This document shows, piece by piece, positions 41,769-52,073 of a stretch of DNA of 64,000 nucleotides. Source of the stretch: Microgenomates group bacterium (GTDB taxonomy: Bacteria; Patescibacteriota; Microgenomatia; UBA12405); NCBI GenBank assembly GCA_049303675.1, contig JBAQNJ010000001.1, positions 747,569-811,568 of the forward strand, given 5' to 3'. Both the position numbers and the translations under genes were made by a program. Numbering within the stretch: position 1 is the stretch's first letter; each line of letters begins with the position of its first letter. The notes beneath the pieces are model-generated. The model made no database searches and was not told the DNA's origin. It worked only from the letters and a program-made list of their open reading frames with translations.

Positions 41769-42853
41769 AATCTCGCCGCTTTATCCTCATTATTTTCTCC
41801 CTATTGTTAATTGGTTTAGTATTTATCTCTATTTCTTCGATCACCGAAGCCAGTCATACATTGGGCGATAAGTTCTTTTTTATAAAAAAACAACTAGTTT
41901 GGTCTGGCATAGGTATATTTTCCTTCATTTTTGCCTCAAAAATACCCCTAAGCCTGATTAAGAAATACTCGCCTCATTTTTATATATTTACTGTGATCTT
42001 GCTCCTTTTGACCCTCATTCCTCAGTTTAGCAATAGTGCTCTTGGCGCTCGTCGCTGGCTCGACCTCGGCGGTATTGGTATACAACCCTCGGAAATATTC
42101 AAATTATCATCAATAATTTTTTTTGCCCATATCTTTTCATTTGAGAAATACCGGCAAATCAAATATATCTTTTATTACTTATTGTTACCCCTCTGTTTAA
42201 TTATGCTTGAGCCAAATATGAGTACCACTGTTCTCGCCGGTGCCATAGTTATCACTATTTTTTATGTCAGTGGCGGCAGTCTCTCCACAATTATTACCCT
42301 CTGTGCTCTAGCTATTATTTCCAGTGTAATTTTGATCGCCGTTTCCCCCTACCGCAAAGCCAGATTAGACTCAACTTCCTATCATTCCAACCAAATGGCG
42401 CTCACTATTACTTCAGGTCATTTATTAGGCAAGGGATTCGCCAATTCCGACCAAAAGTATCGTTATCTACCCAAAATTTCTACTGACTCCATTTTGGCGG
42501 TAATTGGCGAAGAAACTGGCTTTATTGGTATAAGTCTCATCATCTTTCTCTTTTACACCCTTATATCAAACATTTTTCTACTCGGTTTATCCCAGTCTCC
42601 CACCAGTTTTAATTATTTATTGTGTTTAGGAATTGGTAGTTGGTTGGCTTACCAAAGCCTCATAAACATGGCCGCCGTGGCTTCCTTAATCCCCTTGACT
42701 GGGGTTACTCTACCACTAATTTCCTACGGCGGCTCATCTCTCACTACCTGCCTGCTTGGACTCGGATTAATTAATAACTTGATATACTCTTCTAAGAATG
42801 AAACATCAAAAAACCATCATTATCACCGGCACACATCACACTCCCGCCATTGA
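41765..42853 (+). CDS. ftsW: SEDS-family peptidoglycan glycosyltransferase FtsW
   Basis: polytopic, LPLISYGGSSL C-terminal motif, dcw position. Confidence 0.8.
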   Translation: MKSRRFILIIFSLLLIGLVFISISSITEASHTLGDKFFFIKKQLVWSGIGIFSFIFASKIPLSLIKKYSPHFYIFTVILLLLTLIPQFSNSALGARRWLDLGGIGIQPSEIFKLSSIIFFAHIFSFEKYRQIKYIFYYLLLPLCLIMLEPNMSTTVLAGAIVITIFYVSGGSLSTIITLCALAIISSVILIAVSPYRKARLDSTSYHSNQMALTITSGHLLGKGFANSDQKYRYLPKISTDSILAVIGEETGFIGISLIIFLFYTLISNIFLLGLSQSPTSFNYLLCLGIGSWLAYQSLINMAAVASLIPLTGVTLPLISYGGSSLTTCLLGLGLINNLIYSSKNETSKNHHYHRHTSHSRH

Positions 42854-43838
42854 ACTAATTAATCAACTGAAAAAAGACAGTCACACTGATTGGAAAATAA
42901 TTTACATTGCCCACCAATACAAAACTGAGTCCCACATTTCTCATACCCTTATTCCCAAATACAAACTTGATTTTTATAATTTAGAATGTGGCAAATTTGA
43001 CAGACGCAACCTTAGCCGCAGCATTTTGGGTGTTCCCATTACAATTCAAGCCATATTTAGAGCTTACCAGGTACTCAGGAAAAACAAACCAAATATAATA
43101 GTCTCTTTTGGCGGCTATGTCTCTGTACCTGTAATCATTGCCGGATATTTGCTCCATATTCCCTCAATCACCCACGAACAAACACTCACTATGAGTCTAT
43201 CCACCAAGATCAATAGCCATTTTGCCACTCGTGTGGCTGTCTCTTTTCCTCACAAAAACGCCGTTCTCACTGGCAATTTAATGCGTCAAGAGATATTTTT
43301 CAGAAATTCAGACCATTTCCAGCATTCAACTCTCCCTTTTATCTACATAACTGGTGGCAACCAGGGTTCGCTTTTCTTAAATAAACTCACCTACCGACTG
43401 GTCCCTCGAATAGCCAACTACTATTCTGTAATACATCAAACTGGCCAGAATATCGATCCTCAACTCCAGCAACAGTTATTAAATAAATACCCCAACTACC
43501 ATCCCTTAGAATACATTGACAGTGAGGATATTGGTTGGGTTCTCAATAATTCCAGTTATATTATCAGCCGTTCCGGTGCCAATATCTGCCAAGAAATCGA
43601 TCTTCTCGACAAAAGGTCCATTCTCATTCCCTTACCATTTACCCAACAAGATGAGCAACAAAAAAACGCCCAGTGGCTCAAGTCAATGCATCCTCAAACT
43701 ACCACCATTATCAATCAACCAGAGGCTACTGTTACCCACATAATTAGTCATCTTCAACACACCGATTACCAATCTCAACCTAAAAGTATACCTTTAGTTC
43801 ATCCACTCGTTAAATTAATCAATGAAGTTGCTCGCTAA
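42798..43838 (+). CDS. murG: undecaprenyldiphospho-muramoylpentapeptide beta-N-acetylglucosaminyltransferase
   Basis: degenerate N-terminal G-loop (ITGTHHTPAIE), GGNQGS donor-site motif, GT28 architecture. Confidence 0.75.
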   Translation: MKHQKTIIITGTHHTPAIELINQLKKDSHTDWKIIYIAHQYKTESHISHTLIPKYKLDFYNLECGKFDRRNLSRSILGVPITIQAIFRAYQVLRKNKPNIIVSFGGYVSVPVIIAGYLLHIPSITHEQTLTMSLSTKINSHFATRVAVSFPHKNAVLTGNLMRQEIFFRNSDHFQHSTLPFIYITGGNQGSLFLNKLTYRLVPRIANYYSVIHQTGQNIDPQLQQQLLNKYPNYHPLEYIDSEDIGWVLNNSSYIISRSGANICQEIDLLDKRSILIPLPFTQQDEQQKNAQWLKSMHPQTTTIINQPEATVTHIISHLQHTDYQSQPKSIPLVHPLVKLINEVAR

Positions 43839-44199
43839 ATTTATAACCTTTTTACCCCTTGTTGTCCTTATCATTGAACTAGTGATGTTCACCAGCTTTA
43901 ACCAAGATATCCAGTTATCACCTCAATCAAACCAGAATCAATATCTATTCAAACTCACCACTGCACTTCAACTATCTAAGATATCCTTTTTCCAACTCCA
44001 ACTATTTGATTATCGCCGTGAGGCAGAGTTTGTAGTTACCAACCAGTCTAAAAATAGTTTCAAAGTAATTATCTCCACTCAAAAAGATCCCTTAGTCGAA
44101 GTTGCTGCCTTACAAAAACTCATAAAAATCGCTAATATTGATGGTAGGCAAATAAGTTTTGTCAACCTCAGTTCAAAAAGACCATATGCAACATTCTAA
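43822..44199 (+). CDS. small membrane protein, possible minimal FtsQ/DivIB analogue
   Basis: 125 aa with N-terminal TM in the ftsQ position upstream of ftsA; no POTRA recognisable. Confidence 0.3.
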   Translation: MKLLAKFITFLPLVVLIIELVMFTSFNQDIQLSPQSNQNQYLFKLTTALQLSKISFFQLQLFDYRREAEFVVTNQSKNSFKVIISTQKDPLVEVAALQKLIKIANIDGRQISFVNLSSKRPYATF

Positions 44200-45436
44200 A
44201 ATTATTTGTGGAATAGATATTGGTACCGCCAAAGTAACCACTATTGTCGGCCAGTTCTTCGAAGTCGAGGATCGGTTCAATGTTATCGCCGTAGCCTCAA
44301 ATCCTTCAGCCGGTTTCCGCAAAGGCCAAATAATCAATCTCGATCAAGCTACAGAGACTATTACCCAAAGCATTGAATCCGCCGAAAGAATGGCTGGATT
44401 TCAGCTAAAAAGTGCCCATGTTTCTATTACTGCCTCCCACATTGAATCTATCAACTCCCAAGGAGTCGTTGCCGTCAGTACTCCCAACGGCGAAATCTCC
44501 CAAAACGACGTCACTCGTGTTATCGAAGCCGCCCAAGCAGTCACCCTCCCCGCCGGCAAGGAGCTAATCCACACTATTCCCCGTCGCTATACTGTCGATG
44601 GCCAAGAAGGGGTTATTGATCCGATCGGCATGAACGGAGTCAGACTTGAACTCGAGTCACACCTAATTTTAGCTTCTAGCCCTAGTCTAAAAAATTTATA
44701 CAAATGTCTTGAAGAAGTCGGCATCAATGTCGATTCACTCGTCTATTCCGGCCTTGCCACCGCCAAGGCAGCTCTGACCGACACCGAAAAAGAATTAGGA
44801 GTAGCTTTAATTGATATCGGCGGCAGTGTCACCTCATTGACCATATTCACCGAGGGTTCACCAGTTTACTCAGCCGTTATCCCAGTTGGCGCCAACAATG
44901 TCACCAACGATTTGGCCATTGGTCTGCGACTTTCAATCGAAGACGCCGATAAAATTAAACTAAAAATCGCCAAAATAGTTGAAGCCAAAAAATATGATGA
45001 CGATGTTGATTTAACCGCTTTTGGAATACTCTCCGAGGAAAAACACAAAATTTCCCTCCAAACAGCCGTTAGTGGAATCATCAAGCCTAGATTAGAAGAA
45101 CTATTTACCCTAATTTACGACCAAATCGAAAGTAGTGGTTTTGCCAGTCTTATCCCCGCCGGAGTAGTCATCACAGGCGGAGGGGCTCAAACCATAAACG
45201 CCAAAGAAATTTGTAGCAAAGTCATTCCTCTTCCACTTCGCATCGCCTCACCCCCAAAATTAGGCGGTATTGTTGATGATATCCTCAATCCTAGCTATAC
45301 TAGCTCCATTGGTTTGTTGCTCTACGGCCTCGAACAAACAAACACTCGTTCCAATAACTCCAATAAAAAAAACAAAAATAACTCATTCAATTTGTTTAGT
45401 CGTCTCAAAAATCTTCTCGAGCCACTCCTACCCTAA
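44186..45436 (+). CDS. ftsA: cell division protein FtsA
   Basis: ICGIDIGT actin-fold phosphate-1 motif, GGG phosphate-2; ATG at 44186 (ORF-track start 44159 is TTG). Confidence 0.85.
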   Translation: MQHSKIICGIDIGTAKVTTIVGQFFEVEDRFNVIAVASNPSAGFRKGQIINLDQATETITQSIESAERMAGFQLKSAHVSITASHIESINSQGVVAVSTPNGEISQNDVTRVIEAAQAVTLPAGKELIHTIPRRYTVDGQEGVIDPIGMNGVRLELESHLILASSPSLKNLYKCLEEVGINVDSLVYSGLATAKAALTDTEKELGVALIDIGGSVTSLTIFTEGSPVYSAVIPVGANNVTNDLAIGLRLSIEDADKIKLKIAKIVEAKKYDDDVDLTAFGILSEEKHKISLQTAVSGIIKPRLEELFTLIYDQIESSGFASLIPAGVVITGGGAQTINAKEICSKVIPLPLRIASPPKLGGIVDDILNPSYTSSIGLLLYGLEQTNTRSNNSNKKNKNNSFNLFSRLKNLLEPLLP

Positions 45437-45498
45437 ATTTCTTTTTGATTTCTCTTGTTATAATGTTCTAGTATTCATTAATCCGTAATTAATTTCAA

Positions 45499-46620
45499 AT
45501 GGCTCTAATCAAAAATTTGGCAGGACAATTCGCTCGTATCAAAGTAATCGGCGTCGGTGGTGGTGGTAACAATGCCATCAATTCCATGATTAGTGAAGAT
45601 AATATCAAAGGTGTCGATTTTATTGCAATTAATACTGATTCCCAAGCCCTCCTAAACTCACTAGCTCCCATCAAAATCCAGATCGGTGAAAAGTTAACCA
45701 AAGGTCTTGGCGCTGGTGGCAATCCCCAAATGGGCGCCGAAGCAGCCAAAGAATCACACGATCGGATCAAAGATGCCCTCGAAGGCACTGATATGGTCTT
45801 CATTACCGGCGGCATGGGTGGAGGTACCTGCACTGGCGCTGCTCCCATCATCGCTGATATTGCCAAAAACGAAATTGGTGCTCTAACTATTGGCGTAGTC
45901 ACCAAACCGTTTTTATTTGAGGGCACTCGTCGCATGACCAATGCCGATGAGGGAGTGTCTCAGCTAAAACAAAATGTCGACACCTTGATTGTCATCCCCA
46001 ACCAAAAAGTTATGGAGGTAGTCAACGACAAGGCCACTCTTCTCGAAGCTTTCAAAATTGCCGATTCAGTCCTCAACAAGGGGACCAAGGCTATCTCCGA
46101 TTTAATCACTACCCCAGGACTTATAAACTTAGATTTTGCTGATATTAAGACAGTCATGAGTAATGCCGGCTCTGCTCTCATGGGAGTAGGGGAGGCAGAA
46201 GGTACCGATCGGGCCAAAAATGCCGTAACTGCAGCCATCGATTCACCTCTGGTTGAAGTCAGTATTGATGGTGCTCGAGGTGTTTTGATCAACATTACCG
46301 GAGGGCCAGATCTCACTATGGCCGAAATCGAAGATGCCGCCAAAACCATTACCGCCCTTTGCGCCCCTGATGCCAATATTATTTTTGGTGCCACGATTGA
46401 CAAAGAATTAACCGGCAAAATAAAAGTCAGTGTCATTGCCACCGGATTCGATAGCAGTCGACCACGCCAATTCTATACTCCCCAAAAACCCAAAACTTCC
46501 ACCTCCACTACCATTCCCTCAAACAAAGTTGAAGAGTTACTCAAAGACGAAAAAATTCCCGAAGGAGTCGATCTCGTCGACGAGTTCGACATCCCCTCAT
46601 TTATGAGAAAAAATAAATAA
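45499..46620 (+). CDS. ftsZ: cell division GTPase FtsZ
   Basis: GVGGGGNNA and GGGTGTGAAP tubulin signatures. Confidence 0.95.
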   Translation: MALIKNLAGQFARIKVIGVGGGGNNAINSMISEDNIKGVDFIAINTDSQALLNSLAPIKIQIGEKLTKGLGAGGNPQMGAEAAKESHDRIKDALEGTDMVFITGGMGGGTCTGAAPIIADIAKNEIGALTIGVVTKPFLFEGTRRMTNADEGVSQLKQNVDTLIVIPNQKVMEVVNDKATLLEAFKIADSVLNKGTKAISDLITTPGLINLDFADIKTVMSNAGSALMGVGEAEGTDRAKNAVTAAIDSPLVEVSIDGARGVLINITGGPDLTMAEIEDAAKTITALCAPDANIIFGATIDKELTGKIKVSVIATGFDSSRPRQFYTPQKPKTSTSTTIPSNKVEELLKDEKIPEGVDLVDEFDIPSFMRKNK

Positions 46621-46637
46621 TTGTTGTATAATCAGCC

Positions 46638-46871
46638 ATGAACCAATTTACAAGTGCAGAACTTGAACTTCGACACCAACAAAGAATGGATGTTCTCGCC
46701 AGAAAACTAGTAACATCCACAAGACAGTCTCTAGATTTACTCGCTCTAGGTGCTATTGAACCCAAAGCAGCCGCATTCGCTATAGTACCAGCTTTAGCAT
46801 CAGCTACCTCAACTCTAGAAATGTGTGTAGAAGTATTTGCCTACAATAAAATTCGAACAATTATTACCTAG
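46638..46871 (+). CDS. hypothetical small Ala-rich protein
   Basis: 77-aa ORF between ftsZ and a terminator; no homology recognised. Confidence 0.25.
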   Translation: MNQFTSAELELRHQQRMDVLARKLVTSTRQSLDLLALGAIEPKAAAFAIVPALASATSTLEMCVEVFAYNKIRTIIT

Positions 46872-46904
46872 CCGGACGTTTGCACTCGCAGACTCTGGCT
46901 ATCC

Positions 46905-46929
46905 AAATCCTTCGCAAGAAGGATTTTTT
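46905..46929 (+). terminator. rho-independent terminator
   Basis: AAATCCTTC-GCAA-GAAGGATTT hairpin followed by TTTTTG. Confidence 0.55.
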
Positions 46930-46980
46930 GTTTATAATTACTAAGTTTATTAAATTTTTAAATTATTAAATTTTCTCAAT

Positions 46981-49734
46981 ATGTTCTTTCCCGAACTCCC
47001 AAACCAACCAAATTTTCCCGAATTAGAAACTGCCGTTCTGGAATGGTGGTATAGCCACGATATTGTCAATCAATATCTCCACAAAAACGACAATTCCACC
47101 AAAACCTTTTCTTTTATCGATGGCCCAATTACTGCCAACGGTAGTATGGGGGTCCACCATGCCCGCGGTCGCACTCTCAAAGACGCCTTCCAAAGATTCA
47201 AAAATGCCCAAGGATTCGCCCAAAGATTTCAAAACGGTTTCGACTGTCAGGGACTCTGGGTCGAAGTCGAGGTCGAAAAAGAAAATGGCTTCAATTCCAA
47301 AAAGGACATTACCAATTTTGGCCTCGACAAATTCACCCAATCCTGTCTCGCCCGTGTTGATAAATTTAGTCATCTCCAAACCGATCAATCCAAGAGACTA
47401 GGGATGTTTATGGATTGGGACAACTCCTATTACACCAATTCCGAAAATAATAATCTATATATTTGGCACTTTCTCAAAACAGTCCACCAAAAAGGCTGGC
47501 TCACCAAAAAAAAGAGTGCCACTACCTGGTGCCCTCGCTGTGAAACTGGATTATCCCAACACGAAGAGGCTGATGGCTACAAAGACATCACCGACACCTC
47601 TGTTTATTTAAAGTTTAAATTAAAAGACAAAACAAACGAATATGTCCTCGCCTGGACTACCACTCCATGGACACTCTCGGCCAATGTCCTCCTCGCCATC
47701 AATACTAAATTTGAATATGTCAGAGCCAAACATGAAAATGAATTTTTGTATTTGGCCAAGCTTTCGGCTGATAAGTTAGGTCTTGCTGATTACGAACCAG
47801 TTGATGCCAATATTCTCTTAAATCAAGAATATGAGTCTCTCTACGATATTCCTGCCCAAAAAAATATTCATCATTATGTCACCAACTGGGAGATGGTCGA
47901 TCCAATTGAGGGCACCGGCGTCGTCCACATTGCCCCAGGCTGTGGTCAAGAAGATTTTGAATTAGGCAAAAAACTCGGTAGCGAAATGATCGCCCCACTC
48001 GATGAGACAGGCCACTTTTTAGATGGTTATGGCGAATTATCAGGCAAATACGCCCATCATGTTGCCAACCAGGTCTTTGATTATTTAACATCTACCGGAT
48101 CATTGTTCAAAACAGAATCCATCAACCACCGTTATCCTCATTGTTGGCGCTGTGGCACCAAGTGTTTATTTAGACTCGAAGATAGTTGGTATATCAGCTC
48201 TGACGAAATTCGTCCCCAAATGAAAGAGGCTGCCGCCAAAGTTAATTGGCATCCCAAATATGTTGGTCGCCGGATGCAAAACTGGCTTGATTCTATGGAA
48301 GATTGGATGATTAGTCGTAAACGTTTTTATGGACTGGCCCTGCCATTTTACGAATGTAGTTGTGGTGAGTTGACCGTTGTCGGTAGCAAAGAAGAATTAA
48401 AATCATTAGCTATCTCCCCTGAGCTTGTCGATGAATTACCCTCACTTCACCGCCCGTGGATAGATAGTATTAAAATCAAATGTCCCCAGTGCAATCATGA
48501 AGTTAATCGGATACCCGATGTTGGTGACTGTTGGCTGGATGCTGGCGTTGTTCCTTTCTCCACTCTCAAATATATTGAAGACAAAAAATACTGGCAAAAA
48601 TGGTTCCCTGCCGATTTAGTCCTCGAAATGATCGAACAGGTCCGTCTTTGGTTTTATTCCATGCTCTTTTTCAGTGTTACTTTTGAGCAAACTTTTCCCT
48701 ACAAAAATGTCGTCGCCCATGCCGAAGTCCGTGATGAAAAAGGTGAGCGGATGAGCAAAACTAAAAAAAATGGTATTCCCTATGATGAAGCAGTGGCCAA
48801 AATGGGCGCCGATGCCATGCGTTGGCTCTATTGTCAGCAAAAACCCCACACCAATGTCAATTTTGGCTACAATATTGCCGACAAGGTCAAACGTGAACAT
48901 TTTTTAATAATTTGGAACTCATATCGCTTCTTCACTCAGCATGCCAACATGGAAAATTGGTCACCAGACAATACTGAAATTACTACACAAAACATATTGG
49001 ATAAATGGCTGTTATCACGACTCAATTCAACCATCAAGTCAGTTACTGTATCCGTCGAAAAATTCCATACTTCAAAAGTCACCCAAGCTGTCGAAGAATT
49101 TGTCAACGATCTATCTACCTGGTATATTCGTCGCAGTCGTGACCGCAAAGATAATTTTGCCATTTTACATCATTGTTTTGATCAACTTGCTAGGGTAACA
49201 GCACCATTTACACCCTATCTTTCGGAATTAATTTATCAAAATTTACTAGGTTGTACTATTGGCCAATCATCAACTTCGATTCATTTACAACCGTGGCCAG
49301 AATCTGATTCTGAATTAATCAATACAGATTTAGAAACACAAATGTCTGTCGTTAGACGCGCCTGTCAAGACATTCACGCCCTACGTCAAAAAGCAGCGTT
49401 AAAAGTTCGTCAACCATTAGCCAGTGCCACTATTACCGACCAGTTGGATCAAAACTTATTAGACATCATCCAAGAAGAGACCAATGTCAAAAAAGTGGTA
49501 ATCGGAACAGAGTTGACACTCGATACCCAATTAACTCCCGACCTAATCGCTGAAGGTGAATACCGCGATTTTGTCCGGTCAATTCAGGTACTGCGCAAAG
49601 AGCTGGGCCTAAAAGTTGATGATAAAATCAAAATCTTTGCTCCCTCATGGCCCAGAGTTTTTGAATCTGAAATATTGACCAAAACTCTAGGAACTTCGAT
49701 AGAAATCAGCGACACACTCCATGTCGAAAAATAA
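46981..49734 (+). CDS. ileS: isoleucine--tRNA ligase
   Basis: WCPRCETGLSQHE, GFDCQGLWVE, MSK(T) motif; HIGH motif degenerate (GVHH). Confidence 0.8.
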   Translation: MFFPELPNQPNFPELETAVLEWWYSHDIVNQYLHKNDNSTKTFSFIDGPITANGSMGVHHARGRTLKDAFQRFKNAQGFAQRFQNGFDCQGLWVEVEVEKENGFNSKKDITNFGLDKFTQSCLARVDKFSHLQTDQSKRLGMFMDWDNSYYTNSENNNLYIWHFLKTVHQKGWLTKKKSATTWCPRCETGLSQHEEADGYKDITDTSVYLKFKLKDKTNEYVLAWTTTPWTLSANVLLAINTKFEYVRAKHENEFLYLAKLSADKLGLADYEPVDANILLNQEYESLYDIPAQKNIHHYVTNWEMVDPIEGTGVVHIAPGCGQEDFELGKKLGSEMIAPLDETGHFLDGYGELSGKYAHHVANQVFDYLTSTGSLFKTESINHRYPHCWRCGTKCLFRLEDSWYISSDEIRPQMKEAAAKVNWHPKYVGRRMQNWLDSMEDWMISRKRFYGLALPFYECSCGELTVVGSKEELKSLAISPELVDELPSLHRPWIDSIKIKCPQCNHEVNRIPDVGDCWLDAGVVPFSTLKYIEDKKYWQKWFPADLVLEMIEQVRLWFYSMLFFSVTFEQTFPYKNVVAHAEVRDEKGERMSKTKKNGIPYDEAVAKMGADAMRWLYCQQKPHTNVNFGYNIADKVKREHFLIIWNSYRFFTQHANMENWSPDNTEITTQNILDKWLLSRLNSTIKSVTVSVEKFHTSKVTQAVEEFVNDLSTWYIRRSRDRKDNFAILHHCFDQLARVTAPFTPYLSELIYQNLLGCTIGQSSTSIHLQPWPESDSELINTDLETQMSVVRRACQDIHALRQKAALKVRQPLASATITDQLDQNLLDIIQEETNVKKVVIGTELTLDTQLTPDLIAEGEYRDFVRSIQVLRKELGLKVDDKIKIFAPSWPRVFESEILTKTLGTSIEISDTLHVEK

Positions 49735-50716
49735 TTGGTTGCCATTGTTTATCAGTTTAGGAATTCTCTTTTCCCTAAACATGCTCATGATTAGCTCCCT
49801 AGCGCCAACTCTGGTTGGTAAACAGTTGTTTTCTTGGGCTATTGGCCTATGTCTTTTTTTTATCGGCCGTCAAATAAACCCTCGCCAAATTGCCTCATCC
49901 AAAACAGTTGTTTTTATTATTTCCTGCCTACTATTATTGTTACCTATCCTTTTAAACAATATTACTCGTGGCTCGCGACGCTGGATAGAACTTGGCTTCG
50001 TCTCCATCCAGCCCTCAGAATTTGTCAAACCATGGCTGATGTTATTTTTAGTTAATACCAAATTTCCCTTGCTGATATTATTGCCCTTTGCTATTACCCT
50101 TGCCCAGCCAGATTTGGGTAGTGGACTAACAATTTTACTGCTCACTGCCCCTCTAATTTTATACAACAGTCGGTTTTTCAAACAAGTAGTGATACTTGGT
50201 CTAATTGCCATTACTCTCTCACCCTTAGTTTGGACTTATGCCTTTCATGATTATCAAAAAGAGAGAATTACCCACTTTCTCAGTCCCAATTCCGATCCTT
50301 TGGGCAAGGGCTACAATGTCATCCAATCCAAAATAGCCATTGGCTCGGGTGGCATTTGGGGCAAAGGGTATAAAAAGGGGACGCAGGGGCAACTATTATT
50401 TTTACCCGAAAAACACACTGATTTCATGTTTGCTTCCACCGCCGAAGAGCTCGGATTAATTGGCATCATTTTTATTCTTGGCTCCTATATCTTACTTATC
50501 AAAACTCTCATTACTCGAGGTTACAGTCTCCAATCCAATCCTCAGCTAAAATTATTTACACTAGGTATAGTTTTTCAAATTTGGTTTACTGTCTTTATCA
50601 ACATTGGTATGAATTTAGGTATTTTACCAGTCACCGGCATCCCCCTACCATTTATTTCCGTTGGCGGCTCCTCCCTCATGGCCCTAATGTTTTCACTAGG
50701 GATTATCTATTCCTAA
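49721..50716 (+). CDS. rodA: SEDS-family protein, RodA-like
   Basis: polytopic, LPVTGIPLPFISVGGSSL. Confidence 0.75.
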   Translation: MSKNNWLPLFISLGILFSLNMLMISSLAPTLVGKQLFSWAIGLCLFFIGRQINPRQIASSKTVVFIISCLLLLLPILLNNITRGSRRWIELGFVSIQPSEFVKPWLMLFLVNTKFPLLILLPFAITLAQPDLGSGLTILLLTAPLILYNSRFFKQVVILGLIAITLSPLVWTYAFHDYQKERITHFLSPNSDPLGKGYNVIQSKIAIGSGGIWGKGYKKGTQGQLLFLPEKHTDFMFASTAEELGLIGIIFILGSYILLIKTLITRGYSLQSNPQLKLFTLGIVFQIWFTVFINIGMNLGILPVTGIPLPFISVGGSSLMALMFSLGIIYS

Positions 50717-51062
50717 CTAGTCGAACTGGATTAACAGCCACCCTTAATCCTTTTTTTGTTTCATATACTATTGATGTATACCTATACATACTATAAATAC
50801 CATCTCCAAAATTTGCCACATCAAAACTTGTCTCAATTGAATCTAACTTAGCAACTCTCGGATTCAATTTAACATCCACACCATCACTCCCCTTGTCTTC
50901 AACACTCTCTATGCCCCAACTCTTCAAAATTTTTTGGGCTGCAACCTCTGCTTTGCTTGCGCTTTTTAATGGTAGTCTTCCTAATGGCCTACCTTCTTTT
51001 ATAGATATTCTAGTATTTTCTATTGCTACTATTGTTTCGTTCATACCCATAATATAACCCAC
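50703..51062 (-). CDS. hypothetical protein
   Basis: ORF only. Confidence 0.3.
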   Translation of the reverse strand: MGYIMGMNETIVAIENTRISIKEGRPLGRLPLKSASKAEVAAQKILKSWGIESVEDKGSDGVDVKLNPRVAKLDSIETSFDVANFGDGIYSMYRYTSIVYETKKGLRVAVNPVRLVRNR

Positions 51063-51107
51063 AATAAGTGAATGTAAATAAATAATCCTATGCTATAATC
51101 AAAAAGT

Positions 51108-51422
51108 ATGAAATACGCCGTAATTGCCATTAGTGGCACTCAATATCTGGTCAAAGAAGACCAAGTTATCACCGTCGATAACCAAAATCTCGAAAAAGAT
51201 AAAAAAAATAAAATCGAAGAAGTCCTCTTGACCGTCAATGACGATCAAGTCAAGGTCGGTACTCCTTTCGTCACTGGTGCTACCGTCGAATATCAGGTCG
51301 CCGAAAACTACAAAGGTGAAAAAGTTGACGTCTTCAAATTCAAATCAAAATCTCGTTATCGCCGCTCCATGGGCTTCCGTCCCCAGCTGACCGATATTAA
51401 AATTACCAAGATCAACCTATAG
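51108..51422 (+). CDS. rplU: 50S ribosomal protein L21
   Basis: MKYAVIAISGTQYLVKEDQVI. Confidence 0.9.
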   Translation: MKYAVIAISGTQYLVKEDQVITVDNQNLEKDKKNKIEEVLLTVNDDQVKVGTPFVTGATVEYQVAENYKGEKVDVFKFKSKSRYRRSMGFRPQLTDIKITKINL

Positions 51423-51462
51423 CTTTATAACTTTCAACTTTATAAACTTTACAAACTAATCT

Positions 51463-51714
51463 ATGGCACATACCAAATCACAAGGAAAAACCAATCAAAA
51501 ATCCAATCGTCCTGGGCAAAGACGGGGAGTCAAAAAATTTGGTGATCAAAAAGTCACTGTTGGCCAGATCATTGTCCGTCAAGTTGGTTCCTCTTTTCAT
51601 GGATCCGATGGTACCAAAACCGGCAAAGACTATACTATCTACGCCATGCGTCCGGGTATTGTCAAATTTTTCTCTCGCTTAGGCAAAAAATTCATCTCCG
51701 TCGTCAAAGGCTAA
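51463..51714 (+). CDS. rpmA: 50S ribosomal protein L27
   Basis: MAHTKSQGKT...G.KKFGDQ.V..GQIIVRQ.G..FH.G. Confidence 0.9.
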   Translation: MAHTKSQGKTNQKSNRPGQRRGVKKFGDQKVTVGQIIVRQVGSSFHGSDGTKTGKDYTIYAMRPGIVKFFSRLGKKFISVVKG

Positions 51715-51726
51715 GGTTTTCTAAAA

Positions 51727-52011
51727 TTACTTTATTACTAAAGTTTTTAAGATATCCCCCACATCCTTCAATGTCACCGGAACTCTGACCTCAATACCTT
51801 CGGAAACAAATATTTGTCCTTTTCTTTCTGGATCATCCACATAGCCAAAGGAAACTTCCAAGGTCCTAAGTCTAAAGGATCCTGCATCATCATGCCTATC
51901 AATTAGACCCTCGGTTAAAACTCCACGGATAGGATTTTTACCATCACCCATTTCTACCTCTCTACCGGCGGGAACATTTTCCACCAACATTTTTCTATAT
52001 AACTTAATCAT
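51727..52011 (-). CDS. hypothetical protein
   Basis: ORF only. Confidence 0.3.
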   Translation of the reverse strand: MIKLYRKMLVENVPAGREVEMGDGKNPIRGVLTEGLIDRHDDAGSFRLRTLEVSFGYVDDPERKGQIFVSEGIEVRVPVTLKDVGDILKTLVIK

Positions 52012-52073
52012 GTCCTATGTTACCAATAAAAATACTCGTTGTCAAAAATTTCGTCTCTACGTTAATAGATTTA

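Noticed and set aside
45495-46442. Antisense ORFs 45495..45941(-) and 45960..46442(-) within ftsZ
   Set aside because: Gly/Ala-rich antisense artefacts of the GC-richer ftsZ coding sequence. FtsZ on the + strand is unambiguous.
47023-49198. Multiple short ORFs on both strands inside ileS (47023..47388, 47063..47401, 47879..48091, 48616..48900, 48936..49198)
   Set aside because: Nested in a 917-aa aminoacyl-tRNA synthetase gene with continuous conserved motifs.
51423-51462. Regulatory element or missing prp/ysxB gene between rplU and rpmA
   Set aside because: Only a 40-nt spacer with a short direct repeat (CTTTATAAC / CTTTATAAAC). It is too short for the L27 N-terminal processing protease gene, and this L27 begins MAHTKSQ with no N-terminal extension to process.
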